Assembly: GCF_001194135.2 (NCBI RefSeq)
Contig: NC_068993.1
Coordinates: forward strand, 3,564,986-3,628,985
Reading direction: 5' to 3'
Source: Octopus bimaculoides
Taxonomy: Eukaryota
Length of the DNA stretch: 64,000 nt
The position numbers and the translations under genes were made by a program. Shown piece after piece: positions 1-12,854 of the stretch (position 1 is its first letter; each line of letters starts with the position of its first letter). The notes under the pieces are model-generated. The model was given only the letters and a program-made list of their open reading frames with translations, did no database searches and was not told the origin of the DNA.

Positions 1-354
1 TATTCAAAAATTACTGCAAGGGTAAGAAAAACATTAGTTTCACCTTTCACAAGTTTACACACAACTTAATGTCATATAATACTGGAACACGGCTATTAGG
101 ATATTCGTTTCAGTGTATATAGACTTGTAGAACTGTGTATACTTTCCACATAGCATACTTTAACTTGCTTTACTACATTACATTAGCAGACAAACTTAGA
201 TTACACACGGAAAACTTTTATCTAATGGCTAAACACTTTATACTATAAATTTAATGGTCGGATGTGTTCTTCTATTTTTGAAATCACACGTATAGTAATG
301 TATACTTATACACAATTACATATGCATACATACATACATATATACATACATACA

Positions 355-408
<54 letters not shown>

Positions 409-801
409 NNNNNNNNNNNNNNNNNNNNNNNNNNNNNNNNNNNNNNNNNNNNNNNNNNNNNNNNNNNNNNNNNNNNNNNNNNNNNNNNNNNNNNNNNNNN
501 NNNNNNNNNNNNNNNNNNNNNNNNNNNNNNNNNNNNNNNNNNNNNNNNNNNNNNNNNNNNNNNNNNNNNNNNNNNNNNNNNNNNNNNNNNNNNNNNNNNN
601 NNNNNNNNNNNNNNNNNNNNNNNNNNNNNNNNNNNNNNNNNNNNNNNNNNNNNNNNNNNNNNNNNNNNNNNNNNNNNNNNNNNNNNNNNNNNNNNNNNNN
701 NNNNNNNNNNNNNNNNNNNNNNNNNNNNNNNNNNNNNNNNNNNNNNNNNNNNNNNNNNNNNNNNNNNNNNNNNNNNNNNNNNNNNNNNNNNNNNNNNNNN
801 N

Positions 802-841
<40 letters not shown>

Positions 842-2623
842 TGTCTATGACTTTCTATATGCAAGCGTATATGTTGCATTCATACGTAGATAGTACATTC
901 TTATACACATGTCACATCACACACGCACACACATACATACCCTCACACATATATACATATATATGCATTTACACTTCCTTACATAAAAATACACACATAC
1001 GTATTATTAACATTCTCACACAAGTACAGATCTCTATATTCAATTTCCATAATATGTATACTTAGAGATTCATTAATTCACACAAAACATATATAGTTGT
1101 TTTAAGGTAATGTATACATACGTGTTTTCTTATGGTAGTAAATTGAGTATGCGTAAATGTAGGTTTGTGTGTGTATGTGTGTGTGTGTGTGTGTACTCCT
1201 GAACATGCGTACGTAAATCGTTCTATAAGTATGTATGATGGGATGTATGTGTGTCTGTGTGTAATGAGAGGGCATATATTTCTACAAGTAGTGCCAATAT
1301 AGTTCAAGGCAAGTAGCCATTGTCCCATTTAAGTATGTAGAAATTACCATACAAACATATCAGTGTATAGTTAGTGAAATAACTCAATATATTTCAGCTT
1401 ATCGTTGCCAAGTTGAGTTTTCACAAGCAAGATTTTAACCTCGGTATGTAGTTGCCTGAGGCGCTTAACAGTTCTCCAGCTTTTTAGACTGGTATACATG
1501 CTCTAAAATTAGCATCATTTTACTTAATGTCCTTCCTTACACTTTGACTTACTAACATCTACATTATGTTCAACTTAGAGAGAGCAAATATAAACAATAA
1601 AAACAACAAGAACATCGAAATGACAAAATGACTATTTAGCCAGATACTTAACCCTTTTAGAAAATTCTAGAAAAAAATTAGAATTCAATAAGATGGTAAT
1701 GACTGATGGATATATTTCCCGATAATGTAAGTATTGCTAAAAAAAAAAAATATTAAAAAGTAAATGGAAAGATGCGAAGTGACAGTGGGATAAAATAATA
1801 AAATGAAATTATTGAATATTCATTTTTACAACCGAAAAAATATAAAATGATATAAATATAGCACATTTAGAGTGACAAAAATGGAATTCTAAATATAATT
1901 TCAAGAATATTTCAAATATTGATTCTCTTTTTATATTTTACTTTAAGTTTGTGTTTTAGAATATTCAAAATTTAACCATTATTGTTTCTCTGTCAGCTTT
2001 CTAGTTTGTGTGTATGAGAATGGATTAATATAATTATATTACAAGATGTTTTACCACCTTTTAAGACGTCACATTATTGAATGAATGATAGAATTTCTAT
2101 TTGAATGGTGTAATTTATTTTAGGTTAATCATATATATATGTAATATAAAAGCAACATATAAAAAAATAAATATCCATGACGTATCTCTTTGTACCGAGT
2201 ATGATGAAAGCAATGGGAAAGATTTTAATAAGAAAAAAGCAAAAAATATTAAACGATATAAGTAGAAAAAATTTAGTAGAAATTCCATTATATTCTAGAC
2301 ATTAACTCTTATTGTGCTACATGCATTAATTAAAGTCTTTGTAATTAACTGTAACTTCGATTTGAAAAATTCAGAAACAAATGAAATAAAATACATTTAA
2401 TTATGACTAGCTTTTAAGATCTAGGAAAACTGAGAATACACATTGAGTAGAGTCTCATAAAGCTAAATGAATGGTATCTAAAATTTCGATTAACTGGGAT
2501 TATACTTGCTATTAAAAAAACAAGGTCTTCCTCGAAAGTTTACTAAAATTTAAATAACACCAAGCAAGGGAGATAAATCTTACGATACCTTCTAATCCAA
2601 ATTTTAGGAAATTGAAGCAAATA

Positions 2624-3485
2624 CATGGTGTCCCGTATGTCACTATACATTTTTTTTTTCTATTTGGTTTCAGGTATCATTCGAAGAGACGTGAGGCCAT
2701 CAGCATCTGACACCTTAGACCTTGCTGTTTTTCTAAATGTATCATTCCCTTGCCCATTGACATCAGAGCAGCGCTGCAAAATTGCCACCTGACAAGAAAT
2801 TTTTCCGTCCTCTTCTGCTGTTCGTCGCAAGTTTGAGAAGGTTCATGGCCGTCACACTGCTCCAACGCGTAGCACAATTTATGCTATCCATAGCAAGTTT
2901 CTTGAATCAGGATCGGATCTTGACAAACCACAAAGTGGAACGCCTCCTATTATCATCACTGATGAAAACACTGAACTTCTAAAGCAGGCGTTCACGAACA
3001 GCCAGAGGAAGACCATCCGGAGGACAGCACTGGACGTTAGTATCAATAAAAACTCGATCCAGCGGATGTTTCAGAGAGTGATAAAGCTCTGTTCGTACCG
3101 ACATCAGGTTCTTCAGAGGTTTCAAGCAGGAGATTATGATGCTCGTGGTGTAGAAATGTGTGAATCACTCCTCCACCATTATCAACACGACTCTCAGTTC
3201 TTGGAAAACTTATGGTTCAGCGATGAGACTAACTATCATCTCCCTGATCGGGTACAGCGATACAATTGTCAAAATTTGGGGAGAATCAAAACCAGCAGAA
3301 ATTCTCGAACATGAACGTGACTCTCCGAAACCAGTGGTATGGTGTGCCATGGGGCAAGGGAATGATACACTTACAAAAAGCTACAAATTCTAAGGTGTCA
3401 AATGCTGATGGTGTCACGTCTCTCTGAATGATATGTGAAACGAAATAGGAAAAAGAAAGTGTATAGTGGCTTTTGGGACACCCTG
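2624..3485 (+). mobile_element. Tc1/mariner-superfamily DNA transposon, internally deleted (non-autonomous)
   Basis: Imperfect TIRs of ~135 bp (2624-2757 and 3348-3485) begin CA(T/G)GGTGTCCC. TA dinucleotides flank both ends (2622-2623, 3486-3487). A transposase remnant lies inside. Confidence 0.93.
2758..3351 (+). pseudogene. Truncated Tc1/mariner-type transposase (HTH region plus first catalytic Asp)
   Basis: Manual translation: LTSEQRCKIAT*QEIFPSSSAVRRKFEKVHGRHTAPTRSTIYAIHSKFLESGS...LENLWFSDETNYHL, then a frameshift, then IWGESKP...SPKPVVWCAM. WFSDE and VWCA are Tc1/mariner motifs. One stop, one frameshift, and the C-terminal half is absent. Confidence 0.88.
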
Positions 3486-3889
3486 TACATGCACGTGTGA
3501 GTGGATCTTGTGTTGAAAGCCAACCAAGTAATCGCACAACTTTTGTAGTTCTTTGTTATTATCAGCCAAGTATGCCAACTTTGTAGTGATGTAGCTGAAA
3601 GTCATATCACAAGTATTCAAGCCACTTGGATGCCATCTTGGTTTCTGTAGAAGTACAAATATTAGATCTAATATGCAATGATACGTTGAACTACTTTCAG
3701 GAATTGGATTAACAGAACAACAATGATTCTTTGAATATTTTCTAATCTGTATAATGATCATATTAAAATCAAATGTTCAGTAATTTGCCGACAACTCACC
3801 TGACTATGATTCAAAACTACTTTCTTAATAAGTCATAAATAATTATTTCAAATGTTTGCCACAAGGATAGGTTGGGGTAGGTCAGGAGG

Positions 3890-3955
3890 AGTTGATTACA
3901 TCGACCCAGTGTTCAACTGGTACTTGTTTTATCGACCCAACAAGGCAAAGCCGCA
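3890..3955 (-). mobile_element. SINE fragment
   Basis: GATTACATCGACCCAGTGTTCAACTGGTACTTGTTTTATCGACCC matches the reverse complement of the SINE body at 45740-45860. Confidence 0.6.
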
Positions 3956-6699
3956 ATTTAATTTCCAAGTATTATTTAAATATATTGCAATTATTTTTAG
4001 CAATCAGTTTAAAAGTGTTTACTTTAGTTGAAAAGATGAATTTCTTTCAATTTTTTTTACTAAATACAAATTTTTGGCAACCATCTTTCAATTAAGATAG
4101 TGTTTTACTTTATGAGAATTATTTTCAGAAAATAACTTTTCTAAAAATAGAAGCTATTGGTAGGTTAAACGACGTCAAATTAGTAGCGTTTGACAGTTGC
4201 CATTATTGGTATTGGTATTTATGATCATAGGTGTGATTATTTTCACCAGTAGTTTCAAACTTGATGTTCAGACAGATAATAAAACAAATATAGCATTCCT
4301 TGACTGAGATGAAAACCATTTATTGCCAGTCTCTACCGGTGCTGCTGGTACTACTGACGAAACTTCATTCAGCGTATTCCAATAGCAAAAATATGTTCGG
4401 TTCAAGGCATTAAAGCATGGAAAATATTGTGTTAGAACTCCTCCCATTAACCTTACACATGATATGTAAACTCATATCAGAGCTTCTTTCCAATCAATTC
4501 TATTAACATTTTGCATCAATTTCGATGCCATTTTTTGCACATTTATCTGATAGATTTCCGAATACGAAATCGCTAATTCTGCAGTTCTATTTCTTAAAAC
4601 TTGGAAAAAGTTAAAGTACCATGTTTATAGTTGCAAAAACAATTTGGAACGCACCAAATTCTAACAAACATGTTATATATTTAGTTATGGATTTTTTTGT
4701 TTCGGAATGCCTGAAAACTTAAATCTTCTTTTCGAAAGTATAAAAAGGTATTTAAGTTCAGAATTATACTTTAATTTTCGCATTCGGGTATTTTAAAATC
4801 TACTTGTGTAAACACAGTTCAAGAAACTTCAAATACCGTTCTAAAAACTGAGCAGACAGGAGTATTTCCTATCGTTTCTCATAGAATATTATTAGAAGTT
4901 TAAATGAAGGTCTTGGAAAGAATTGAAATATCTTCATTCAGTTGATTCATCGAGGAACAGATAAACGGCTGAAACTGCATAAATCAATGATTCATATTAT
5001 TTTATTATCGTTCTTCGAATTTTAACAAAACTTTACATTTAGATAATTCGTATATACACACGCACATTTAATGATGTTGTTGGGTAGTGATCCATTACTC
5101 CTGCACATGCAGGCACAGAAATGTATACAGCATATGTGTGTGTGCGTGTGTTTGTGTATGTGTATGTATATATGTATATATATATGTATGTATTTATGTA
5201 CATATATATATATATGCACACATATACACATATGAATATAATTATATATATATGTGTGTGTGTGTATGCTTATACAGAACTGTACATGTGTGAGTGCATG
5301 TATAAACAACTTAGTCACAGAGAAGCAGTATATCTATTGCTTTCATACGCATATATATGTATAGTTTCATTGGCAAAGGTTAGTCTGATCAATTTAGTAT
5401 TACTTCTATTACTTGCCACTGACCTCTTCATCATTTGTCTGAATCAAAACGACTGAAGCCTTCTTTTATTCCATTTATATTCGTAATGTTTATAGGACAG
5501 TTAAATGAAATTTGAAAAATCACTAAATAGGAAAATATATATTTTATTTTCTGTTATGAAAAAGAAAGATAAATAAATAAACTAAAGAGAACAAGATGAA
5601 AACTATTCTGAAAATAATTATCCATGTAAATATATTTCTTTGTGAATGAACAACAAATTAAATAGTTTATTAATGGATGAATGGGTAGTATTTTTTATAA
5701 AAAAAATCAATTTATGTTAGGTAATAAATAAAAGAATTGGATTTATTGCATTTAAATATGAAAATATCAATAATTATGTGTGTGTTGGTGTCAAAATGTG
5801 TCTTACAAAATTATTACATGAAAAATAAATTGTAACACACACACACATACATACATGTATATTCAGATACATATATACACATATGTATACAAACATATAC
5901 ACTCATATATATCATGTATATATGTATATACGTTTACATGCGCATATATACACACATATATGTATCTATGTATATATATGTGTGTGTGGGGGTGAATGTG
6001 TGCGTAGTATAAATATATTAAATATACTTTACCATAAACATTTAATATCACGAGGTTGAAACTGTTGAGCAATTTTAAATCAAGTAGAACAGAATTTAAT
6101 TTTAGTAATCCTTGATGTCAGTGTCAGATATTAGAATTGAAAGGTCAAGGTATAAACGCTGACTTTTATATCATAATAGAATTATAACGAAAAGATATTA
6201 TTGCACAAAGTATTTGTTAGTGTCTTTTAATGATTTTTTTATGTTTAATGTTAAAACTTTTCGAAAAAAGTAGCTTTAAGACTTTAAATGATTGATGTTC
6301 TCTGTTTTCTTCTGTTTATACCATTTTCTTTATAGAAATATTTTCAGAATTAATGTAAGAAATAGTGAAATGACTAATGTCTCTAACTTCGCATCAATCT
6401 GAGACTCTATATGCAACAATAATATAGCATTCAATTTGGTGTCATTCATCTGAGTTCGCAATTAATTGGTTATCTATTGTTCTGTTGCTCTATTACAATG
6501 AATCACAATATGCAGAAACAGTCTGCTTGTAGATATAGATCAAATATGAAATATAAAAATGTATGAATAATATGATGTTTTCATTTATTTCTCTATTGTA
6601 AAAGAAACAAAATTATACAATCCACGTGTGATTTTTACGCAAAAAATCCCAACTAATTTCTTGACAAACAATATAAGGTACGCATTATATGATCTATGG

Positions 6700-6798
6700 C
6701 AGCGGTTCCCAACATTTTCACAGTCGTTCCCAACGATGGTTCCCAATCCGTTTATTTAAATGAGTTTTCCCACGAACCACTTTTAATATGATTATACT

Positions 6799-6843
<45 letters not shown>

Positions 6844-6927
6844 GAAATTTTGAATTTAGTTCACAGATCTCCATTACTACTTTTGCGGACCACCAGGGGT
6901 ACGCGGACCCCATGTTAGGAACCACTA
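6700..6927. mobile_element. hAT-type MITE with internal (TA)n
   Basis: TIRs CAGCGGTTCCCAAC / GTTAGGAACCACTA. The 8-bp target-site duplication is ATCTATGG (6692-6699) / GTCTATGG (6928-6935), 7 of 8 identical. Confidence 0.85.
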
Positions 6928-7249
6928 GTCTATGGTAACAGCATATTGGTTGCGGTGGGGAAGAATACATTAATATTCAAATTAAAGTGACAATGCTGAA
7001 AACAGAAGAGCTTTCTTAATATCAGTAATGGAAATTCGATTGTCTGCCCGTGTCATGACAGATAAACAGGTGAACTGCGTACATCTAAAATTATTTCTAT
7101 GTCTTAAGTGTTATGTACGATTCTTTCTTTGCTTTAAACCTCAAATTCTCACGTAATATCTCATCCTGAATATAATAAGAGACAAAATCGCTCTCATATT
7201 AGACGTAATATTATTAAACACATGAAATCCTTCAGTCCTAGACAATGAA

Positions 7250-7692
7250 ACGGTCACGAGTGGAACGCCTTTCATCATATTTGAGCTCAATCAAGACTGG
7301 TCTGGTATCTAAACAACACCAACGACATGAATAACAACATCAACAACAATAACATTAAGTTGTATTTCAGACCAGATTCTTTCTATTCAATTTAAGATTC
7401 CACTTCTTTAATATATTACTCTTAACTACTCCAACATTTTCTTTAAAATCTTTACAATTTCATCTGTCTCATAGAAACTGAAATTGTCAGGAATGGAACG
7501 TCTTTGATCGTAACTCAAATAGGACTGATCTGCTGGATAAACAATAACAACAACAAACGTAAAAATAACTGCAAGAATTGCCGTTTTTCAGACCGAGTTC
7601 ATTCTATTCAATTTAAGATTTCATTTCTTTAATAATCTTACTCTTTTAACATTTCCCAGATTTTCTTTAGATTCTGCACAATTCCATCTGTG
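7250..7692. repeat. Old diverged tandem duplication, two ~225-bp units
   Basis: Shared anchors TGGAACG (7261/7494), TTCAGACC (7366/7587), TTCTATTCAATTTAAGATT and ACAATTYCATCTGT (7454/7679). Confidence 0.8.
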
Positions 7693-8027
7693 TTATCTGA
7701 TCATCAGTGAGCCAAAATCTCCAAGTTAGAAATAAAACATTGAATTCAGAAATGTATCCTTTGTTTGTTATAATCTATAACGTTTCTTTATTATTTATAT
7801 TATTTACTTAATAGAAAAAAAAAAACTTGGAAAGATTTTACCAGTCTTGTCTCATTTTCTTGTGCAAAGCAATGACTGTCTGATCACCGACACACCAGGT
7901 ATCTGAACATGTTAGTAGCCATAGTGTCTGACATTTCTCTAAGTTATTCAGATATGAAGTGTTGAAATGTTTGCAGTGATCATGTCTTTATCACAGGCTT
8001 CATGATTAAATAGAGAATACAAATTAT

Positions 8028-8042
8028 CTATCTATCTATCTG

Positions 8043-8137
<95 letters not shown>

Positions 8138-8157
8138 GTCTATCTATCTATCTATCT
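8028..8157. repeat. (CTAT)n microsatellite
   Basis: Direct reading. Confidence 0.98.
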
Positions 8158-8349
8158 AATCATAAATATATCGGAATCTTTGCCTATGTAGATATCCATA
8201 TATCTATATTCTCACTAGGATTCTTCAATGTAGCATTAATCGCGAACTACAAATACAGTATATTTTAATATGTAATATATACCGAGTAATATGACTGTAC
8301 GTTGTCAAAAACCAATAAAAACTATAAGGATAAGATCTTATGCATGCAC

Positions 8350-8860
8350 ACATGGAGGCAGGCGGCTGAATTGAATGTTAGATTTGCAGATGCTGGTGCA
8401 GTAATGAGATAATGACACTTGATCTTAAGAAGAAGAATGGTTAGTAAACAATCGCAACTTGCTATCTTCAATTAGGCTTTTATGCCTCTCATCACCTGTA
8501 GGCACGAATCTAGGGTAACGACCGTAAGTGTATGATTTCGTATTCAAGCACCAATACAGGATTCCTCGGAAGTATCTCCGGAGTGACGTTAGTTAGCACG
8601 GTGTATAAGAAAGCGATCAAGGAATTAGTCTAGGTCTAACCGCTACTTAACACGGACAGGTCTACACACATGTGGTTTGAATGACGCAAGAAAGTATCAA
8701 AGAATCGCAAGAGGGATTCTCGACACCGAGACAACCTGCAGGGGGGGGGGGGTTACGCGTCGTTGAATAAAACGGAGAGTATTGGATGATATCCAGTTTC
8801 AGTCGGTTGCAACGGGGAATTTTAATAACGGTAAAATCTTGTCGGAAATTCACCACATAT
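8350..8860 (+). mobile_element. Highly decayed RTE-like LINE reverse-transcriptase fragment
   Basis: Frameshifted GGRRLN/NVRFADAGAVM resembles the RTE motif GGRNINNLRYADD, and a later GFLGSI resembles YLGS. Many stops. Confidence 0.45.
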
Positions 8861-8879
8861 TAATTTCACCTTGCTTTGT

Positions 8880-9320
8880 CTATTCCAATCCTCATTGCCG
8901 TGAGTCTGAGAATATGGGTGCTCTATATTTCTTCGTCTATTCCGACTCCTAAGTTTGGTTGCGCATTCAGTCAAAAATGCTCTGGCTTATCCCTTGATAT
9001 CATCCAGCCAGGAACTTCTCGGTCTTTCCTTGTCATGTTTCATGAGGCTTCTTCCTTCGAAGATTTCGGTGCTGAGTTTCTGGGCTCTGATAATAGCAGT
9101 TCCCTATTTGTAGCTGCAGCCCAAATTTTTCTTATTGTTCCCATTTCCTGGAGTGATGCCAAATTTGTTGGATAACCAATTAGCAGGCAGCGCTCTTTTG
9201 TAGCATGTTACTTCATTAGTTTTGCGGTGTCGTTTGCTATTAGAGTGTAGCTTTCACATGCAGGCAACAGGTCTGAACAATGCCTTCAGGAACTTTAATA
9301 TATAATTTTCTTGTTTCGAG
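8880..9320 (-). mobile_element. RTE-clade LINE 3' fragment
   Basis: Minus-strand LFRPVACM/ESYTL and IFEGRSLMKHDKERPRSSWLDDIKG resemble the RTE C-terminus (ESWT...GRPR..WLD.IK). Confidence 0.6.
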
Positions 9321-9365
9321 GTCCCTCTTTCTAGATTGTGTTGCGTTATGGCTAATTAACATAAG

Positions 9366-9575
9366 TACAAAGTTGCATATTTGACGGATTGTGTTAGTGA
9401 ATTAAATCGATTCCTGCATTTGCGATCTGGGAAGAATGAGAGACAAAATTCCCTTCCGTAGGATTTGAAACAAGTGTGTTAAGAATCTAGAACAATAATA
9501 CAAATAATGTTCCCCCTGGGCTCTTAACGATTCCGTTAGAGTGATATGTTTATGATAGTGTGAAAGATGTTGACT
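9366..9575 (+). repeat. 210-bp direct duplication, copy 1
   Basis: Identical by reading to 10270-10479. Confidence 0.96.
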
Positions 9576-9579
9576 ACGT

Positions 9580-9830
9580 TGGTGAGGATTACGATGGTGA
9601 CGAGGACGGCTATGTTGATGAGGATGCTGAAGATGATGACTGTCGTAAGGAAGGAGATGACAATATAATAATGATGTTAATGATGGTGGTGAAGGTAGTG
9701 GTGGGGTCAGAGATGGTAGTGGTGGAAGAGGTAGTGAAGATGATAAGGATAATAATGATGACGATGATGTGAATGAAGATGACGAAGATAAAAAAGAGTA
9801 AGAATAGGAGATACTTGTAGACGTCAATGA
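9580..9830. repeat. GAT/GAA/GGT low-complexity tract
   Basis: Degenerate trinucleotide repeats; these explain the ORFs 9402-9842 and 9560-9772. Confidence 0.85.
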
Positions 9831-10269
9831 CGAAAATTGCAATGATTGTGATTACAATAAATCTAGGTTACAGACTATTCAATAACATGCAAGAATTAAC
9901 CTAAATGTTCTTAAGAGATCAGCGTTAGACAATCCACGCGACTATACAATTTATAACCAGCGATTTAAAGTGTGAAATCTCGATGCTTATGCTACAGCTG
10001 TAAAGTGTGAAAACATTTTATTTACTTATCTATTGGTTTGTATTACGTTTTGTGTTCTTGTATTCAAAATATCTCAAGCATTGCTGATTTTTTCGTTACT
10101 GCAAACGTATACGATACAAGCCAAAAGTTTAGCAACAGACATATAGAATATAATGATACTATATATATATAACATCAAATGTTTAGATTTTCCTTAAAGT
10201 CAGCCAATTGGCGGATTCTTTGGCTTATAAGATTGAACATCTAGCTGTATTCGCTCCGAGTCCCTTCGA

Positions 10270-10479
10270 TACAAAGTTGCATATTTGACGGATTGTGTTA
10301 GTGAATTAAATCGATTCCTGCATTTGCGATCTGGGAAGAATGAGAGACAAAATTCCCTTCCGTAGGATTTGAAACAAGTGTGTTAAGAATCTAGAACAAT
10401 AATACAAATAATGTTCCCCCTGGGCTCTTAACGATTCCGTTAGAGTGATATGTTTATGATAGTGTGAAAGATGTTGACT
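10270..10479 (+). repeat. 210-bp direct duplication, copy 2
   Basis: Identical by reading to 9366-9575, offset 904 bp. Confidence 0.96.
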
Positions 10480-11162
10480 CGTTGGTTGGTTGCTATTAGT
10501 GTTAAGTAAAGGCAAACTCTGTGTTCTACAATAATTTACTTAAATAATTTCAAGTGATTCAATTTATGAAAATGTACGAAAAACTACCGCTTAACAATAG
10601 ATGTGGAGCAGTAAAAAGTAGCTGAAATATATCCTAAACAGCAAATATTGCACAAATTATATCTGCCTTAATTCTATCATCTTAAATCTTATTTACTAGA
10701 AATAAAATTAGAATCGTAGATGTTTACGTTAAACTAATGAGATTTGATGTAACTTTACACTCTTCTAATTCAACCAAATGTAACACTATAGTAATATTTC
10801 CAGCAAAACTTGAGATTAATCAATAAAGCGAAATCACACTTATAATATTGCAAAGATTAACATGAATATAATACATTTAAGTGTGTATAATTTATGCTTA
10901 TCATAATGTATTGTAAGTACCAAAACTAGACGTTAGTTTGTGCACTAAAACTGTAGTAACACATATTCCGTTACATGTCTGCTGCCAATAGGTGGCAGTT
11001 CAGTCGCTAATAAATTTATGGAACTCTGCTAAGAAACTTACAACTTAGAATAATAAAACGTACGGATAAAATATTTTATTCATCTCCTATGGGAAAAGTC
11101 TTTTCTATCTAACAACGTTACATATTTATGTATGTATGTATGTATGTATGTATGTATGTATG

Positions 11163-11196
<34 letters not shown>

Positions 11197-12800
11197 TGTA
11201 TATTTGTGTGTATGTAAGTATATACACACATATATCTATATATATATTAATGTGTGAACGTGTTTCCGTGTGTCTATATAACAAGAAAGCGCCAGGAGAA
11301 ATGACAATTTCTTGAATTTGGAAAACAAAAGTAAACTGTAGATGTACTACATATACGCGATGATTTCGTAAATTTTTGAAATCATCTTTTATTCGAGAGA
11401 GAAAGAGAGAGAGAGTGAGAGAGAGAGAGAGAGANNNNNNNNNNNNNNNNNNNNNNNNNNNNNNNNNNNNNNNNNNNNNNNNNNNNNNNNNNNNNNNNNN
11501 NNNNNNNNNNNNNNNNNNNNNNNNNNNNNNNNNNNNNNNNNNNNNNNNNNNNNNNNNNNNNNNNNNNNNNNNNNNNNNNNNNNNNNNNNNNNNNNNNNNN
11601 NNNNNNNNNNNNNNNNNNNNNNNNNNNNNNNNNNNNNNNNNNNNNNNNNNNNNNNNNNNNNNNNNNNNNNNNNNNNNNNNNNNNNNNNNNNNNNNNNNNN
11701 NNNNNNNNNNNNNNNNNNNNNNNNNNNNNNNNNNNNNNNNNNNNNNNNNNNNNNNNNNNNNNNNNNNNNNNNNNNNNNNNNNNNNNNNNNNNNNNNNNNN
11801 NNNNNNNNNNNNNNNNNNNNNNNNNNNNNNNNNNNNNNNNNNNNNNNNNNNNNNNNNNNNNNNNNNNNNNNNNNNNNNNNNNNNNNNNNNNNNNNNNNNN
11901 NNNNNNNNNNNNNNNNNNNNNNNNNNNNNNNNNNNNNNNNNNNNNNNNNNNNNNNNNNNNCTGTAGAAGTGTATGGTGTGGGTTTTAACATATTACATGT
12001 TTATTTACATCTATGCACATATATTTCGAAAACGTTTTCCTCATTCGTAAACATACACACCCACTACATCCTATATACACATTCCTGTTCAGCGCCGTAT
12101 ATTTCAGTTTATAATTTCAAATACCTTTGATTTGAGAAAAGAATATAATATTTCTCATGATTGAAAATGTGAAATATTTTAAAGAATTTTTCAAATGTCA
12201 CTATTTATTCTAGATTACACATTTAATCCGTCCACAATTCTTGGATAATTTTAATGTAAGTTTTAATTTATTTTCACTCCTTTTATTTTTAGTTATTTTT
12301 TTTTTTTCTTTCGTCTTAAATACGAAGGAAATTTTACTGTTAATGGAAAATTCCGGGTATGGCTTTTGAATGCAGAGTTAATATAATTAATAAAATGAAT
12401 GCGCAAGAGAAAATTCTTGCTGTATTATTTATTGGTGCTCGTTAAAGAATGGAAACCAAAATAGAGGTTATGTGTATTTAGCAGGGAACCCATCAAAGTC
12501 AAATTTAGGGATTTCACATTAGTGTAATGACAAGAAAAGAAACCTAAGAAATCTCACTGCTTAGCATTTCTCTTGAGTTAACTTAATTTATCCGATGGCT
12601 TCTTGTTTTTATACGTCATTGACAAATGCCGATAATACTCTTCACACAAATATACAGATAAGCAGACGAGAGACTCTAGTTTGAATTGAAACTTTACTGC
12701 GACTACATCACTTAATGTATGGATTACTCTAAATTTAAAAGTTTCTTGCTAAGTTCGTCATTCGTTTTCCAAAACCTAGGGGCGAGCAGGCTGTGATTAA

Positions 12801-12854
12801 AATATTGGTGTGATGTTTATTCTAACGGTTATAGAGTGACGTGACACCAATATT
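12801..12854 (+). ncRNA. Candidate pre-miRNA-like hairpin
   Basis: Manual folding gives 22 pairs (three G-U), one mismatch, one bulge and a 7-nt loop. I do not recognise it as a known miRNA. Confidence 0.3.
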
